From Dehalococcoidia bacterium (GTDB taxonomy: Bacteria > Chloroflexota > Dehalococcoidia > Dehalococcoidales > JAUXAP01): DNA of 64,000 nucleotides. Under the pieces are notes generated by a model. It searched no databases, was not told the origin of the DNA, and saw only the letters and a list, made by a program, of their open reading frames with translations. Shown one piece after another: positions 1 through 8,804 of the stretch. The position numbers and the translations under genes were made by a program. The stretch covers positions 707 through 64,706 of the forward strand of contig JAUXAP010000002.1 in NCBI GenBank assembly GCA_030619865.1. Direction: 5' to 3'. Numbering within the stretch: position 1 is the first letter of the stretch; each line of letters begins with the position of its first letter.

Positions 1-440
1 TCTTTCTGCCCAAAGTAGGCTTTGTTTGGTTGTATAATGTTGAATAGCTTGGCGACAACAGTAGTAACACCCCGGAAATGACCGGGGCGGGAAGCCCCTT
101 CCAATCGCTCGGTAATTTTGCCAACCTCTACCCAACTACTAAACTGAGCCGGGTACATCTCAGCCACCGAGGGCATAAAGACGATATCTACCCCTTCTTT
201 TTCCAGCAAAGCCAGGTCGCGCTCAGGGTCACGGGGGTAACTTTTGAGGTCTTCCCGTGGACCAAATTGGGCGGGATTAACGAAGATACTGACCACTACT
301 GATGGGTTTTCAACTCTGGCTTGTCTGACCAGAGCTAGATGTCCTTCGTGGAGATAGCCCATAGTGGGCACCAAGCCAACCGGTTCAGCAAGCTGCTGCC
401 TGAGCCGTTTCATCTCGTCTATTTTTTCAATTTCTTTCAT
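1..440 (-). CDS. panC: pantoate--beta-alanine ligase (3' part outside window)
   Basis: Not in ORF track. Manual translation from ATG at 440 gives [38 protein letters not shown]...[15 protein letters not shown] (PTMGxLHEGH and SIFVNPxQF motifs); follows panB. Confidence 0.95.
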   Translation of the reverse strand, partial: MKEIEKIDEMKRLRQQLAEPVGLVPTMGYLHEGHLALVRQARVENPSVVVSIFVNPAQFGPREDLKSYPRDPERDLALLEKEGVDIVFMPSVAEMYPAQFSSWVEVGKITERLEGASRPGHFRGVTTVVAKLFNIIQPNKAYFGQK

Positions 441-466
441 GGGTAGTCTTTAGAGTAGGGGTGAAC

Positions 467-1297
467 CTATTTGGTTAGCTCGGCTAATATACTTTCGTCC
501 ATAGAGAAGCTTTGCTTATCAGTAGGGAACTTACCGGCTTTCACTTCATTATAGTATTTAGCAATAGCACTTGACATAATATCACCAAGCTTGGCATATT
601 GCTTGGCATGCTTGGGGACAAAGTCAGCAAACGAGCCTAAGATGTCATTTATAACCTGGACCTGACCATCGCAGCCTATGCCAGCACCAATGCCAATAGT
701 AGGGATGCTTAGTTTTTGGGTAATGAGTGTAGCCAGTGGGGTAGGAACAGTCTCTAGGACAATGGCAAAGGCTCCAGACTCTTCCAGAGCTTGAGCATCT
801 TTAAGCAGTCTGGTGGCTGCCTCCGGGGTTTTGCCCTGCACCTTAAAACCGCCAAACTGGTGAATTGACTGGGGGGTAAGCCCAATATGACCCATAACCG
901 GAATGCCACATTCTATGATTCTGCGTACCTTTTCAGCTACGGTTACGCCACCTTCCAGTTTGATTGCCTGGGCACCACCCTCTTGAATAAAGCGGGCGGC
1001 ATTGCGTAGAGCGTCTTCAACCGAAACATGGTAGGTCATAAATGGCATATCGCCAACTACCATCGTCTGTTTGGTGCCTCTGACCACTGCTTTGGTATGG
1101 TGCAGCATCTCCTCAATAGTTACCGGTATGGTTGATTCGTAGCCTAGGACTACCATACCCAGGCTATCTCCAACCAGAATTAGTGGTATTCCCACCTCAT
1201 CAATTATTTTAGCTGTGGAGTAATCATAGGCGGTGAGCATAGTAATTTTCTCACCCTTTTGCTTCATTTCCTTTATCTGGTTTATGGTTACCCGCAT
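467..1297 (-). CDS. panB: 3-methyl-2-oxobutanoate hydroxymethyltransferase
   Basis: MLTAYD, LVGDSLGM, KLEGG, GHIGLTPQ, GIGAG motifs. Confidence 0.97.
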   Translation of the reverse strand: MRVTINQIKEMKQKGEKITMLTAYDYSTAKIIDEVGIPLILVGDSLGMVVLGYESTIPVTIEEMLHHTKAVVRGTKQTMVVGDMPFMTYHVSVEDALRNAARFIQEGGAQAIKLEGGVTVAEKVRRIIECGIPVMGHIGLTPQSIHQFGGFKVQGKTPEAATRLLKDAQALEESGAFAIVLETVPTPLATLITQKLSIPTIGIGAGIGCDGQVQVINDILGSFADFVPKHAKQYAKLGDIMSSAIAKYYNEVKAGKFPTDKQSFSMDESILAELTK

Positions 1298-1333
1298 TTG
1301 CTTCCTCCTTGAAAGGATGTAATCTCGACCTGT

Positions 1334-2197
1334 TTAGTCAGGTTGTTTTAGTATGGCCTGTAATTCCTGTGCCTGCTTCTGGTTTATTCTCCCTTTGGCT
1401 AGTGCAAGAGGAATAGTCTGCCGACCAAGCTCCCGATAGGCGGAGACCAGGGCAGGAGCTACTTCTTGTAAAGCGTCAAGATGCTTTTTGATAGTCTTGA
1501 TATCACCACGGGCAATCGGCCCGGTGAGACATTGGGGTATGCCGACGGTATCAATATTATGAATCGTCCCGCGTATCAGTGGCAGCAGTGCCTGGGTAGC
1601 TTGCTGAGGTGGTATGTTGAAGGTTTGCCACAGGTCAGTAGCTAACTTGACCAGGGTTACCAGATAGTTACAGGCAATGACGGCTGCGGCATGATAGGCT
1701 ACTTTATCGCTTGCCTTTAGCTCTATCCAATGACCATCAAGGGCGGTAGCCATGTCTTTAAGTGTACTTAGCAGAGGCTCCTCAGCCTCTAGGGCGAAGG
1801 TTGAGCCCGGTATATTTTCTATGGCCTGTCTTACACTGGCAAAGGTCTGCAGAGGATGGAAGGCACCAATTTGGGCACCTAACTTCCTGGCTGGTTCCAG
1901 AATGTCAGTCGAAGCAGCCCCGCTGCAGTGAACTACGCTTCGTTCAGTATGCCATCGTATTTCAGATGCTACAGAAGCAATAATGCCATCGGGGGTAGTA
2001 ATAAAGATAAGCTCAGCCGCATCAGCTACATCTTGGTTTGTGTTATAAACCTGACAGCCGCTGACTTCCTGTGCCAGCTTTTCAGCTGAAGTCCGCTTTC
2101 GACTGGATACGGCTACGACCTGGTAGCCCTTGTCACTCAGCCTGACCGCTAGGGTAGTGCCTACAGTTCCAGCTCCAATGAACCCTAATTTAAGCAT
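1334..2197 (-). CDS. Rossmann-fold + DUF2520 oxidoreductase (PanG-type ketopantoate reductase candidate)
   Basis: GAGTVG, HCSGA, FHPLQTF, YHAAAV, LTGPIARGD; first gene of pan operon. Confidence 0.85.
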   Translation of the reverse strand: MLKLGFIGAGTVGTTLAVRLSDKGYQVVAVSSRKRTSAEKLAQEVSGCQVYNTNQDVADAAELIFITTPDGIIASVASEIRWHTERSVVHCSGAASTDILEPARKLGAQIGAFHPLQTFASVRQAIENIPGSTFALEAEEPLLSTLKDMATALDGHWIELKASDKVAYHAAAVIACNYLVTLVKLATDLWQTFNIPPQQATQALLPLIRGTIHNIDTVGIPQCLTGPIARGDIKTIKKHLDALQEVAPALVSAYRELGRQTIPLALAKGRINQKQAQELQAILKQPD

Positions 2198-2225
2198 TTT
2201 AATTCCTCACCTAAGCCAGATTCAT

Positions 2226-2263
2226 ATAAAAATGCCTTCTCCGACACAGCCAGAGAAGGCATT
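2226..2263 (-). terminator. intrinsic terminator in pan leader
   Basis: Minus strand AATGCCTTCTC-N11-GAGAAGGCATT then TTTAT, between the pan motif and the start codon. Confidence 0.75.
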
Positions 2264-2281
2264 CAAAATACTGTTACGCTT

Positions 2282-2372
2282 TTTTGCCGTCTCGGTCATA
2301 TCCGATCCAAGCGACTGATATTCGTTAAAACTACTTACTTTGAGAAGCTCACCGCCTGATGGTCGATGGCTA
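2282..2372 (-). ncRNA. pan RNA motif (two-hairpin form)
   Basis: Minus strand GCCATCGACCATCAGGCGGTGAGC and CAGTCGCTTGGATCGGATATGACCGAGACGGC bulged hairpins, upstream of pantothenate genes. Confidence 0.75.
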
Positions 2373-2391
2373 ATAACTTATGAGTAATTTA

Positions 2392-2419
2392 ATTATATAA
2401 GGTAATCCTACTTTGTCAA
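2392..2419 (-). promoter_or_regulatory. sigma70 promoter of pan operon
   Basis: TTGACA-N16-TATAAT on minus strand. Confidence 0.7.
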
Positions 2420-2431
2420 CAGCTCTACAAA

Positions 2432-3757
2432 TTAGGTTGCCCGGTTTAGAGTACCCTCAGCAACCATAGCATCCAGAGAATCAGCAAAAGCCTTGACTGT
2501 CTGGTCAATATCCTCTTCGGTATGAACTGCTGATAGGATAAATTGTCTAGGTCCCATGATAGAAACACCACGCTGAAGCAGGTGAAGACATAGTCGCATC
2601 TTCAGGGAGAGTCCTCCTATTAGTTTTTGGATATCCATGGTAGGGGGCAGAGTATCGTCAGACGGTTCATATTCAATCGGTCCGAAGTGCAGGTGGAGAA
2701 TAGACCTCCCATAGAGACGGCCATTAATGTTTAATTCTTTTAGAACTTGGTTACCCTTTTTCCGAAGGTCAGCAGCAACTTGATTGGCCCTTCTCTGGAC
2801 CTCACCACCTATATAGAGCTTGCAAGCGGCAACACCGGCGGCTGCGGTAAGAGGGTTAGCATTCCAGGTTCCAGTGTGAGAAATGTACTTTTGAGGAGGC
2901 GTCTTAGGTTTTAAGATGTCCATGATATCAGTTCGGCCTCCCACAGCCCCGGCACCTAGCCCCCCGCCTATTGTCTTGCCCAGGGTGGTTAAATCGGGCG
3001 TTACTCCTATCACAGATTGCCAGCCTCCGTTTGAATCGCGGAAGCCAGTAACTACCTCATCAAGGAGCCAAACAGTGCCATATTTTTTGGTGAGACCGGG
3101 CAGGGCGCGAACAAAATCAGCATCCCATGGAATCTGACCACCCATATGGCCACCACCCCCCTCAGTCATAAGGATAGCGTATTTTTTGGTAGCCAGCTCC
3201 TTTTCTACTATATTAAGGTCATGGCCGGGTATTATCATAACCGCATCGGCAGCAATGCCCAGAGTGCCTGGAGCTACTAATTGGTCACCCCAACCATGAA
3301 AGTTCTGTTCGAACCTGAGTATCTTTGTTCGGCCAGTAAAAACCCGGGCAAGCCTTACTGCCATCATATTGGCTTCCTGCCCGCAAGAGAAAAATTCGAT
3401 CTTCTCGATTGATGGCATCATGCTCTTTATCAGTTCAGCCCACTCAATTTCCAGTTCATGACCGCTACCATAGTGAACTCCCTTGGCCATCTGCTCCTGT
3501 ACCGCCCGGACTATATCAGGGTGAGAGTGTCCCAGTATCAGGGTTCCGTGACCTAATACGTAGTCTATGTATTCATTACCATCTATGTCCCACTTTCGTG
3601 AACCCTTGGCATGAGTTATATAGGGCCTAAAAGGTTCAAGGATACGAGCACTATGGGTAGCACCATTAGCGGCGAAGACCTTCTTTGCCCGTTCATGTAA
3701 CTTCTGTGCTCGTGGGTGAGTTCTGATGTATTCCTCAACTATATTTTCTGTTGTCAT
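2432..3757 (-). CDS. class III PLP aminotransferase (GSA-aminomutase-like)
   Basis: WDIDGNEYID, LLDEVVTGFR, PDLTTLGKTIGGG, HTGTWNANP. Confidence 0.85.
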   Translation of the reverse strand: MTTENIVEEYIRTHPRAQKLHERAKKVFAANGATHSARILEPFRPYITHAKGSRKWDIDGNEYIDYVLGHGTLILGHSHPDIVRAVQEQMAKGVHYGSGHELEIEWAELIKSMMPSIEKIEFFSCGQEANMMAVRLARVFTGRTKILRFEQNFHGWGDQLVAPGTLGIAADAVMIIPGHDLNIVEKELATKKYAILMTEGGGGHMGGQIPWDADFVRALPGLTKKYGTVWLLDEVVTGFRDSNGGWQSVIGVTPDLTTLGKTIGGGLGAGAVGGRTDIMDILKPKTPPQKYISHTGTWNANPLTAAAGVAACKLYIGGEVQRRANQVAADLRKKGNQVLKELNINGRLYGRSILHLHFGPIEYEPSDDTLPPTMDIQKLIGGLSLKMRLCLHLLQRGVSIMGPRQFILSAVHTEEDIDQTVKAFADSLDAMVAEGTLNRAT

Positions 3758-3788
3758 GGTTTCTTTCCTTCCCCTTTATTAACCCTAC

Positions 3789-4799
3789 CTAGGCGCTGAA
3801 GCCTAGAACAGAAACAATCGGCATATCCTTCATCGTCACGAAACCCGGTGGAGCGCTTATAACCCGGTGGACGGAATTTACCACTATACCTGCAGTAGCT
3901 ATATCACCGTGCGTGCCACCTTTTATGACCACCTCTGAGTTGGGAGTTCCGGTAATGTATACGGCGTCATAGGATTCAGAGCGCCCCACACATGCCTCAA
4001 ACTCCAGAGTCACTAGCTCCTCTCCAGCACGAATTCCTCTACCTATCTGTCTGACACCAGACGCCTGTCCCGGCTCTACGGTTACGAAATCGGTCTTTAC
4101 CCGAGTCTTGGCGACTACAGGTTCGATACTCTCGGTAATCTCATCTAATTTCCATCCCAGCCCACTAGCAATCATGGCTATTGATTCCGGCAAGCCAACA
4201 TGTTTTAATTTCCCGGCGGCTACCAGTTTCTCAAACTCCTCAATAGTGCATCCTGCTCCTATCTTCTTTTGGAAAGGACCACGACGCGGAGAGGCATCCT
4301 GAACCCTGACCGCTTTGATTCGCTTAACTTGCTGACAAACTCCGGTCATAAATAATGGCCAGGCATCCATAAGGAATCCGGGATTTACCCCTGTAGACAG
4401 AACGGTGACATTATTTGCCTTGGCTATTTTATCGATGTCAGCCGAAAGTTGGGGGTTTTTCCTATATGGGTAAGCCAGCTCCTCACAGGTTGATACTATA
4501 TTGGCACCAGCCCTTACACACTTTTCCATTTGGGGGTAAACAACTTTCGCCGAAGAGCTTGTAGTAAGAAAGACAACATTAGGCTTGGCCTGAGATAGAA
4601 CAGCATCAGCATCAGCAGAGATGCTGACCCCAAGTTTGTTATTAGTGCCAGCAATTTCACCCAAATCGCGTCCTACCAAGCTCTCTTTTATATCGATGGC
4701 ACCAACCAGCTCAATGTCCGGTCTCTGAGATGCATACCTGACCACACTACATCCAATAGGGCCACACCCAAACTGCACTGCCTTGATTTTTGTTACCAT
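3789..4799 (-). CDS. 2,4-diaminopentanoate dehydrogenase-like / DapB-N NAD(P)-dependent amine dehydrogenase
   Basis: GCGPIG, STCEELAYP, TGVNPGFLMD, FQKKIGAG, GDIATA. Confidence 0.75.
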   Translation of the reverse strand: MVTKIKAVQFGCGPIGCSVVRYASQRPDIELVGAIDIKESLVGRDLGEIAGTNNKLGVSISADADAVLSQAKPNVVFLTTSSSAKVVYPQMEKCVRAGANIVSTCEELAYPYRKNPQLSADIDKIAKANNVTVLSTGVNPGFLMDAWPLFMTGVCQQVKRIKAVRVQDASPRRGPFQKKIGAGCTIEEFEKLVAAGKLKHVGLPESIAMIASGLGWKLDEITESIEPVVAKTRVKTDFVTVEPGQASGVRQIGRGIRAGEELVTLEFEACVGRSESYDAVYITGTPNSEVVIKGGTHGDIATAGIVVNSVHRVISAPPGFVTMKDMPIVSVLGFSA

Positions 4800-4882
4800 T
4801 TAACCTCCTGTTCAGGTTTCAAATACATTGTAGCACATTCATTTTGATTGTGTAAATTAGTTGGGGGGTAAAGCTTACCCCT

Positions 4883-5797
4883 TCATTCAGTAAATAGCTC
4901 AGGGTGAATTATTTTTGCCATCTCCTCCAGCCCTTGGACAATGCGAGGTCCGGGACGACTAACAAGGTCTCCGTTGATAATATAAATTCTATTTTGCTTT
5001 ACTGCGGTCATCTCTCGCCAGGCAGGGTGTTCCTCCAATTCCTCCTTTGATACTATCGGTATGCCTCCAACCATAGTCTGAGTTATAATAATGTCAGGGT
5101 CAGAGCTAACTATCTGCTCAATGCTGAATAACGCCCAGGCGCCCACGGCTTCAGCAGCAATATTCTCCCCACCGGCCATAGTAATAAGGGTGTCAATAAA
5201 AGAGCCGGAGCCTGCTGTCCAGGGATTGTTTGGGTCGGTAGCATCAACTATGAAGAAGACCTTGACTTTGGCGGCACCCTCCACGCGGGTACGAACTTGA
5301 GATATGCTATCCTGCATATCCTGAACAAGTTTCTTGGCTGTCTTTTCAATGCCGGTAATTTTCCCCACCAGTTCAATGTCTTTCAGGATACCGTCAATAT
5401 CCTTGGGGCTTAGAACCATAAATTTAATTCCTAAGGCGTCAAGCTTCGTATTGAGTTGTTCGTGTTCTACTGTCAGCACCAAGTCTGGTTCTAATTCAAC
5501 GATCTTTTCTATAGAAGGGTTAAAAGCGTTGCCAATGCTTGGTTTTGATTTAGCTGCCTCGGGGTAGTCGCAAAAATCACTGACCCCGACTACATTATCG
5601 TCTAGACCAAGGGCAAAGAGAGTCTCGGTGATACTGGGTCCGAAGGATACAATTCTCTTCGGTACCTCGTCTATGGTTACCGTCCGGCCCATATCATCGG
5701 TGTAAGCCCCCGGCTGGAACTGTGGCTGGCAGCCGATGGCCATACTAGTTACTAGGCTTAACGATGCAATAAGAATACCTAATCGTTTCAGTTTCAC
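4883..5797 (-). CDS. btuF: cobalamin ABC substrate-binding lipoprotein (BtuF-like)
   Basis: Lipobox AIGC, RIVSFGPSITETLFALG, RPGPRI; cobalamin riboswitch upstream. Confidence 0.8.
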   Translation of the reverse strand: MKLKRLGILIASLSLVTSMAIGCQPQFQPGAYTDDMGRTVTIDEVPKRIVSFGPSITETLFALGLDDNVVGVSDFCDYPEAAKSKPSIGNAFNPSIEKIVELEPDLVLTVEHEQLNTKLDALGIKFMVLSPKDIDGILKDIELVGKITGIEKTAKKLVQDMQDSISQVRTRVEGAAKVKVFFIVDATDPNNPWTAGSGSFIDTLITMAGGENIAAEAVGAWALFSIEQIVSSDPDIIITQTMVGGIPIVSKEELEEHPAWREMTAVKQNRIYIINGDLVSRPGPRIVQGLEEMAKIIHPELFTE

Positions 5798-5826
5798 AGA
5801 ATGTTACCTCCATTAATATTTTGGGC

Positions 5827-5862
5827 AAAATTAAATCCCCTTGTCCGCTGGGACGAGGGGAT
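5827..5862 (-). terminator. terminator-like hairpin of riboswitch expression platform
   Basis: ATCCCCTCGTCC-N4-GGACAAGGGGAT followed by TTAATTTT on minus strand. Confidence 0.6.
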
Positions 5863-5915
5863 ATCATGTCCCTCTAAACATGTTCCCACCCCCTTTCTCC
5901 GCGGAGGTCTAAAGG

Positions 5916-6039
5916 GCTCAGGGGCTGGGCGTTCTGGCTTGTGATAGAAACTGTCTACCACTCACAGCAGGCGGAACTGCGTTGGATTTTCACCAACTTG
6001 CTCTCCACTTAGCCTGAATCATTTCAGGCGCCTCTGAGC
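5916..6039 (-). ncRNA. cobalamin riboswitch
   Basis: Minus strand GCTCAGAGGCGCC...TAAGTGG...GTTGGTGAAAATCCAACGCAGTTCCGCCTGCTGTGAGT...AAGCCAGAACGCCCAGCCCCTGAGC, with closing P1 and B12-box-like end; upstream of btuF. Confidence 0.8.
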
Positions 6040-6202
6040 AACTTATTCTTTTGTCTGTATATAGTACGGGAAATTGGTGAAAAAAGCAAGCCTATATATT
6101 TGTTCAATAACCCTTGCTTAGTTCTGCCTCCAATTGGTATGATAGGCTTTAACAGACGCGGTGGAGTTGATACCATTGCACTGATTGAGAAAGGTTGGCG
6201 AA

Positions 6203-6973
6203 ATGAGCATACTGGAGCAATTCAAACTAAACGGAAAATTAGCTCTAGTAACAGGATGTAAACACGGAATTGGCAGAGCTCTGACCTTGGCTCTTGCCGA
6301 GGCTGGTGCTGACATCATTGGTGTTAGTCTTACTCTGGAGGAGTCTGGGAGTGAAATTGAACGGGAGGTGAAGGCTCTAGCTCGAAGGTTCAAGGGTTAT
6401 CAGTGCGATTTTGCTGACCGGCGTGCCCTATATAGGTTTATCTCCAGGGTGAAGGCCGAGAACAGTTTAATTGATATCTTGGTAAACAACGCCGGCACCG
6501 CAATACGCAAACCAACTTTGCAACAAACAGACGAGGATTGGGATAGGGTTCTAGAGGTCAACCTGAATTCACATTTCATCCTGACCCGAGAAATAGGAAA
6601 GGATATGGTCAAGCGAGGGTCGGGTAAAATTATTTTTACGGCTTCAATGCTAACTTTTTCGGGTGGTCTCCTAGTCCCTGGATATGCTGCCAGCAAAGGT
6701 GCCATTGGCCAGGTGGTGAAGGCATTAGCTAATGAATGGGCGGGACAAGGGGTAAATGTGAATGCTATTGCTCCCGGCTATATTACTACTAGAATTACGG
6801 AGCCGTTGCAAAACGACCCGATACGTAACCAGCAGATATTAGACCGAATCCCCGTTGGCCACTGGGGAAACCCCGATGACCTAAAAGGTGCCATGGTCTT
6901 TCTGGCGTCGCCGGCGTCCGATTATGTTCATGGCACGATATTAGCCGTCGACGGTGGATGGATGGGACGGTAG
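6203..6973 (+). CDS. SDR, 2-dehydro-3-deoxy-D-gluconate 5-dehydrogenase-like (KduD-like)
   Basis: TGCKHGIG, NNAG, YAASK, ANEWA, IAPGY; ATG at 6203 preferred. Confidence 0.8.
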   Translation: MSILEQFKLNGKLALVTGCKHGIGRALTLALAEAGADIIGVSLTLEESGSEIEREVKALARRFKGYQCDFADRRALYRFISRVKAENSLIDILVNNAGTAIRKPTLQQTDEDWDRVLEVNLNSHFILTREIGKDMVKRGSGKIIFTASMLTFSGGLLVPGYAASKGAIGQVVKALANEWAGQGVNVNAIAPGYITTRITEPLQNDPIRNQQILDRIPVGHWGNPDDLKGAMVFLASPASDYVHGTILAVDGGWMGR

Positions 6974-7009
6974 CTCTTAAATTTCGGTAGATTCGGTTGG
7001 AGAGATAAC

Positions 7010-7801
7010 ATGCTGAGAATTATAGTGCCCATTAAGCAAGTACCTGATATGAGCCAGGTGAAGTTTGATACCGAGGAAGGTAGGGTAGATAGGAGTTCCG
7101 CCGCAGCCGAAATCAATCCCTTTGACCTTAATGCCTTGGAAGCTGCCGTTCAGATAAAAGAGAAACTGGGCGGTATCATTACCACTATAAGTATGGGGCC
7201 CCGACAAGCCGAATCAGCGTTGAGAGATGCTCTGTCTCGGGGAGCGGACGACACTGTTTTACTGACGGATAGGGCATTTGCCGGTGCTGATACTCTGGCT
7301 ACTTCATACACTCTGGCTAGTGCCATCAGGAAATTGGGAGAGTTTGATTTGATTATATGCGGGGAAAAGACTGTCGATGGAGACACAGGCCAAGTCGGGC
7401 CTCAGATAGCTGAGCACCTGGGCATACCACATGTGGCTTATGTATCCAAGCTGGAAGAGGTGGGGGAAAAGCTGGTGGTTGTGTGCGAGATGGAAGGTGA
7501 ACGTTACTTAATAGAGTCCGATTTTCCCGTATTAATCGCAGTGACCAAGGATATTAATACACCTAGGCTTCCCTCTCTCCGTGGCAAATTGAATGCCAGA
7601 AAAGCAGAGATCAAGACATGGGGTGCTGAGGAACTTTCCTCTATAGCTGAAAAAGGTAGGTTTGGGACACAAGGCTCACCTACCAGAGTTCACCGGATTA
7701 CAATACCAGCTGAAGAAGGTAGGAAGGGGAGGATTTTCAGGGATACCTCCGATGAAGCTATAGAAGAAATTACGAACGCCTTATATAGATATAAGGGATG
7801 A
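7010..7801 (+). CDS. etfB: electron transfer flavoprotein beta subunit
   Basis: KQVPD, NPFD, GADTLATS, DGDTGQVGP. Confidence 0.95.
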   Translation: MLRIIVPIKQVPDMSQVKFDTEEGRVDRSSAAAEINPFDLNALEAAVQIKEKLGGIITTISMGPRQAESALRDALSRGADDTVLLTDRAFAGADTLATSYTLASAIRKLGEFDLIICGEKTVDGDTGQVGPQIAEHLGIPHVAYVSKLEEVGEKLVVVCEMEGERYLIESDFPVLIAVTKDINTPRLPSLRGKLNARKAEIKTWGAEELSSIAEKGRFGTQGSPTRVHRITIPAEEGRKGRIFRDTSDEAIEEITNALYRYKG

Positions 7802-7823
7802 AGACTGACACTAGAGGCACGAA

Positions 7824-8804
7824 ATGAAGGACTACAGTGGGTTAATGGTATTTGCTGAACAAAGAGAGGGTAGAGCACACCCTGTTTCATACGAATTACT
7901 GGGGAAGGGGAGAGAAATGGCGGATAAGCTTGGTGTGGAGCTTTCTAGCGTTCTGCTGGGCAACCAGATGGAGGAAGAGGCCAGAGAACTCATTTATTAT
8001 GGAGCGGATAAGGTCTTTTTATACGACAATCCAGTTTTTGAAGACTTTGACCTGTTAAATTATAAGCATAACATCACCAGGCTGGTAGAAGAAGTTAAAC
8101 CGGAGGTATTCCTTTTTGGGGCAACCCATCTGGGTCGGTCTTTGGCACCGAGGATAGCTGTGGCTCTGGGCACAGGATTAACCGCCGATTGCACAGGCTT
8201 GGATATGAGTGAAGACGGTGGTTTAATCCAGATTCGTCCTGCCTTTAGTGGCAACATCCTTGCCCATATAAGGACTAAGACCAGGCCGCAGGTGGCGACG
8301 GTTAGATATAAGGTTATGCCAAGCATGCTTCGGGATGAGCATAGAAAGGGAGAAATAATAAAGAAAGATGTTGAAATTGTGCCCTCATTATTAACTATTC
8401 TAAAGAAGGAAAAGTTGGGTGAGAAAAGTATAACCGAGGCTGAGCTGATTGTTTCCGGCGGTAGGGGACTAAAGAAGGCGGAAGATTTTAGCCTGTTAGC
8501 CGATTTAGCGGAGCTCTTAGGGGGTGCGGTTGGTTCCAGCCGACCGCCGGTAGATGATGGATGGATAAGCAGAGAGCACCAGGTTGGGTTTAGTGGCAAT
8601 ACGGTTAAACCCAAGGTCTATATTGCCTGTGGTATTTCGGGCAGTCCTCAACATCTAGCCGGTATGAGAGGAGCGGATGTTATCGTGTCCATAAACAGCG
8701 ACCCCTCGGCACCGATATTTAAGATGGCTGATTACGGTATCGTTGGCGACCTTTATGAGGTAATTCCAAAGTTGATAGACAGGATTAAGGGGGAAAGCTC
8801 ATGA
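7824..8804 (+). CDS. etfA: electron transfer flavoprotein alpha subunit
   Basis: GLTADCT, RPAFSGN, VSGGRG, QVGFSG, GISGSPQH. Confidence 0.95.
   Translation: MKDYSGLMVFAEQREGRAHPVSYELLGKGREMADKLGVELSSVLLGNQMEEEARELIYYGADKVFLYDNPVFEDFDLLNYKHNITRLVEEVKPEVFLFGATHLGRSLAPRIAVALGTGLTADCTGLDMSEDGGLIQIRPAFSGNILAHIRTKTRPQVATVRYKVMPSMLRDEHRKGEIIKKDVEIVPSLLTILKKEKLGEKSITEAELIVSGGRGLKKAEDFSLLADLAELLGGAVGSSRPPVDDGWISREHQVGFSGNTVKPKVYIACGISGSPQHLAGMRGADVIVSINSDPSAPIFKMADYGIVGDLYEVIPKLIDRIKGESS

Noticed and set aside
2432-3757. Calling the aminotransferase hemL, and the 42735 gene hemE
   Set aside because: Divergent paralog-type sequences with no tetrapyrrole gene context
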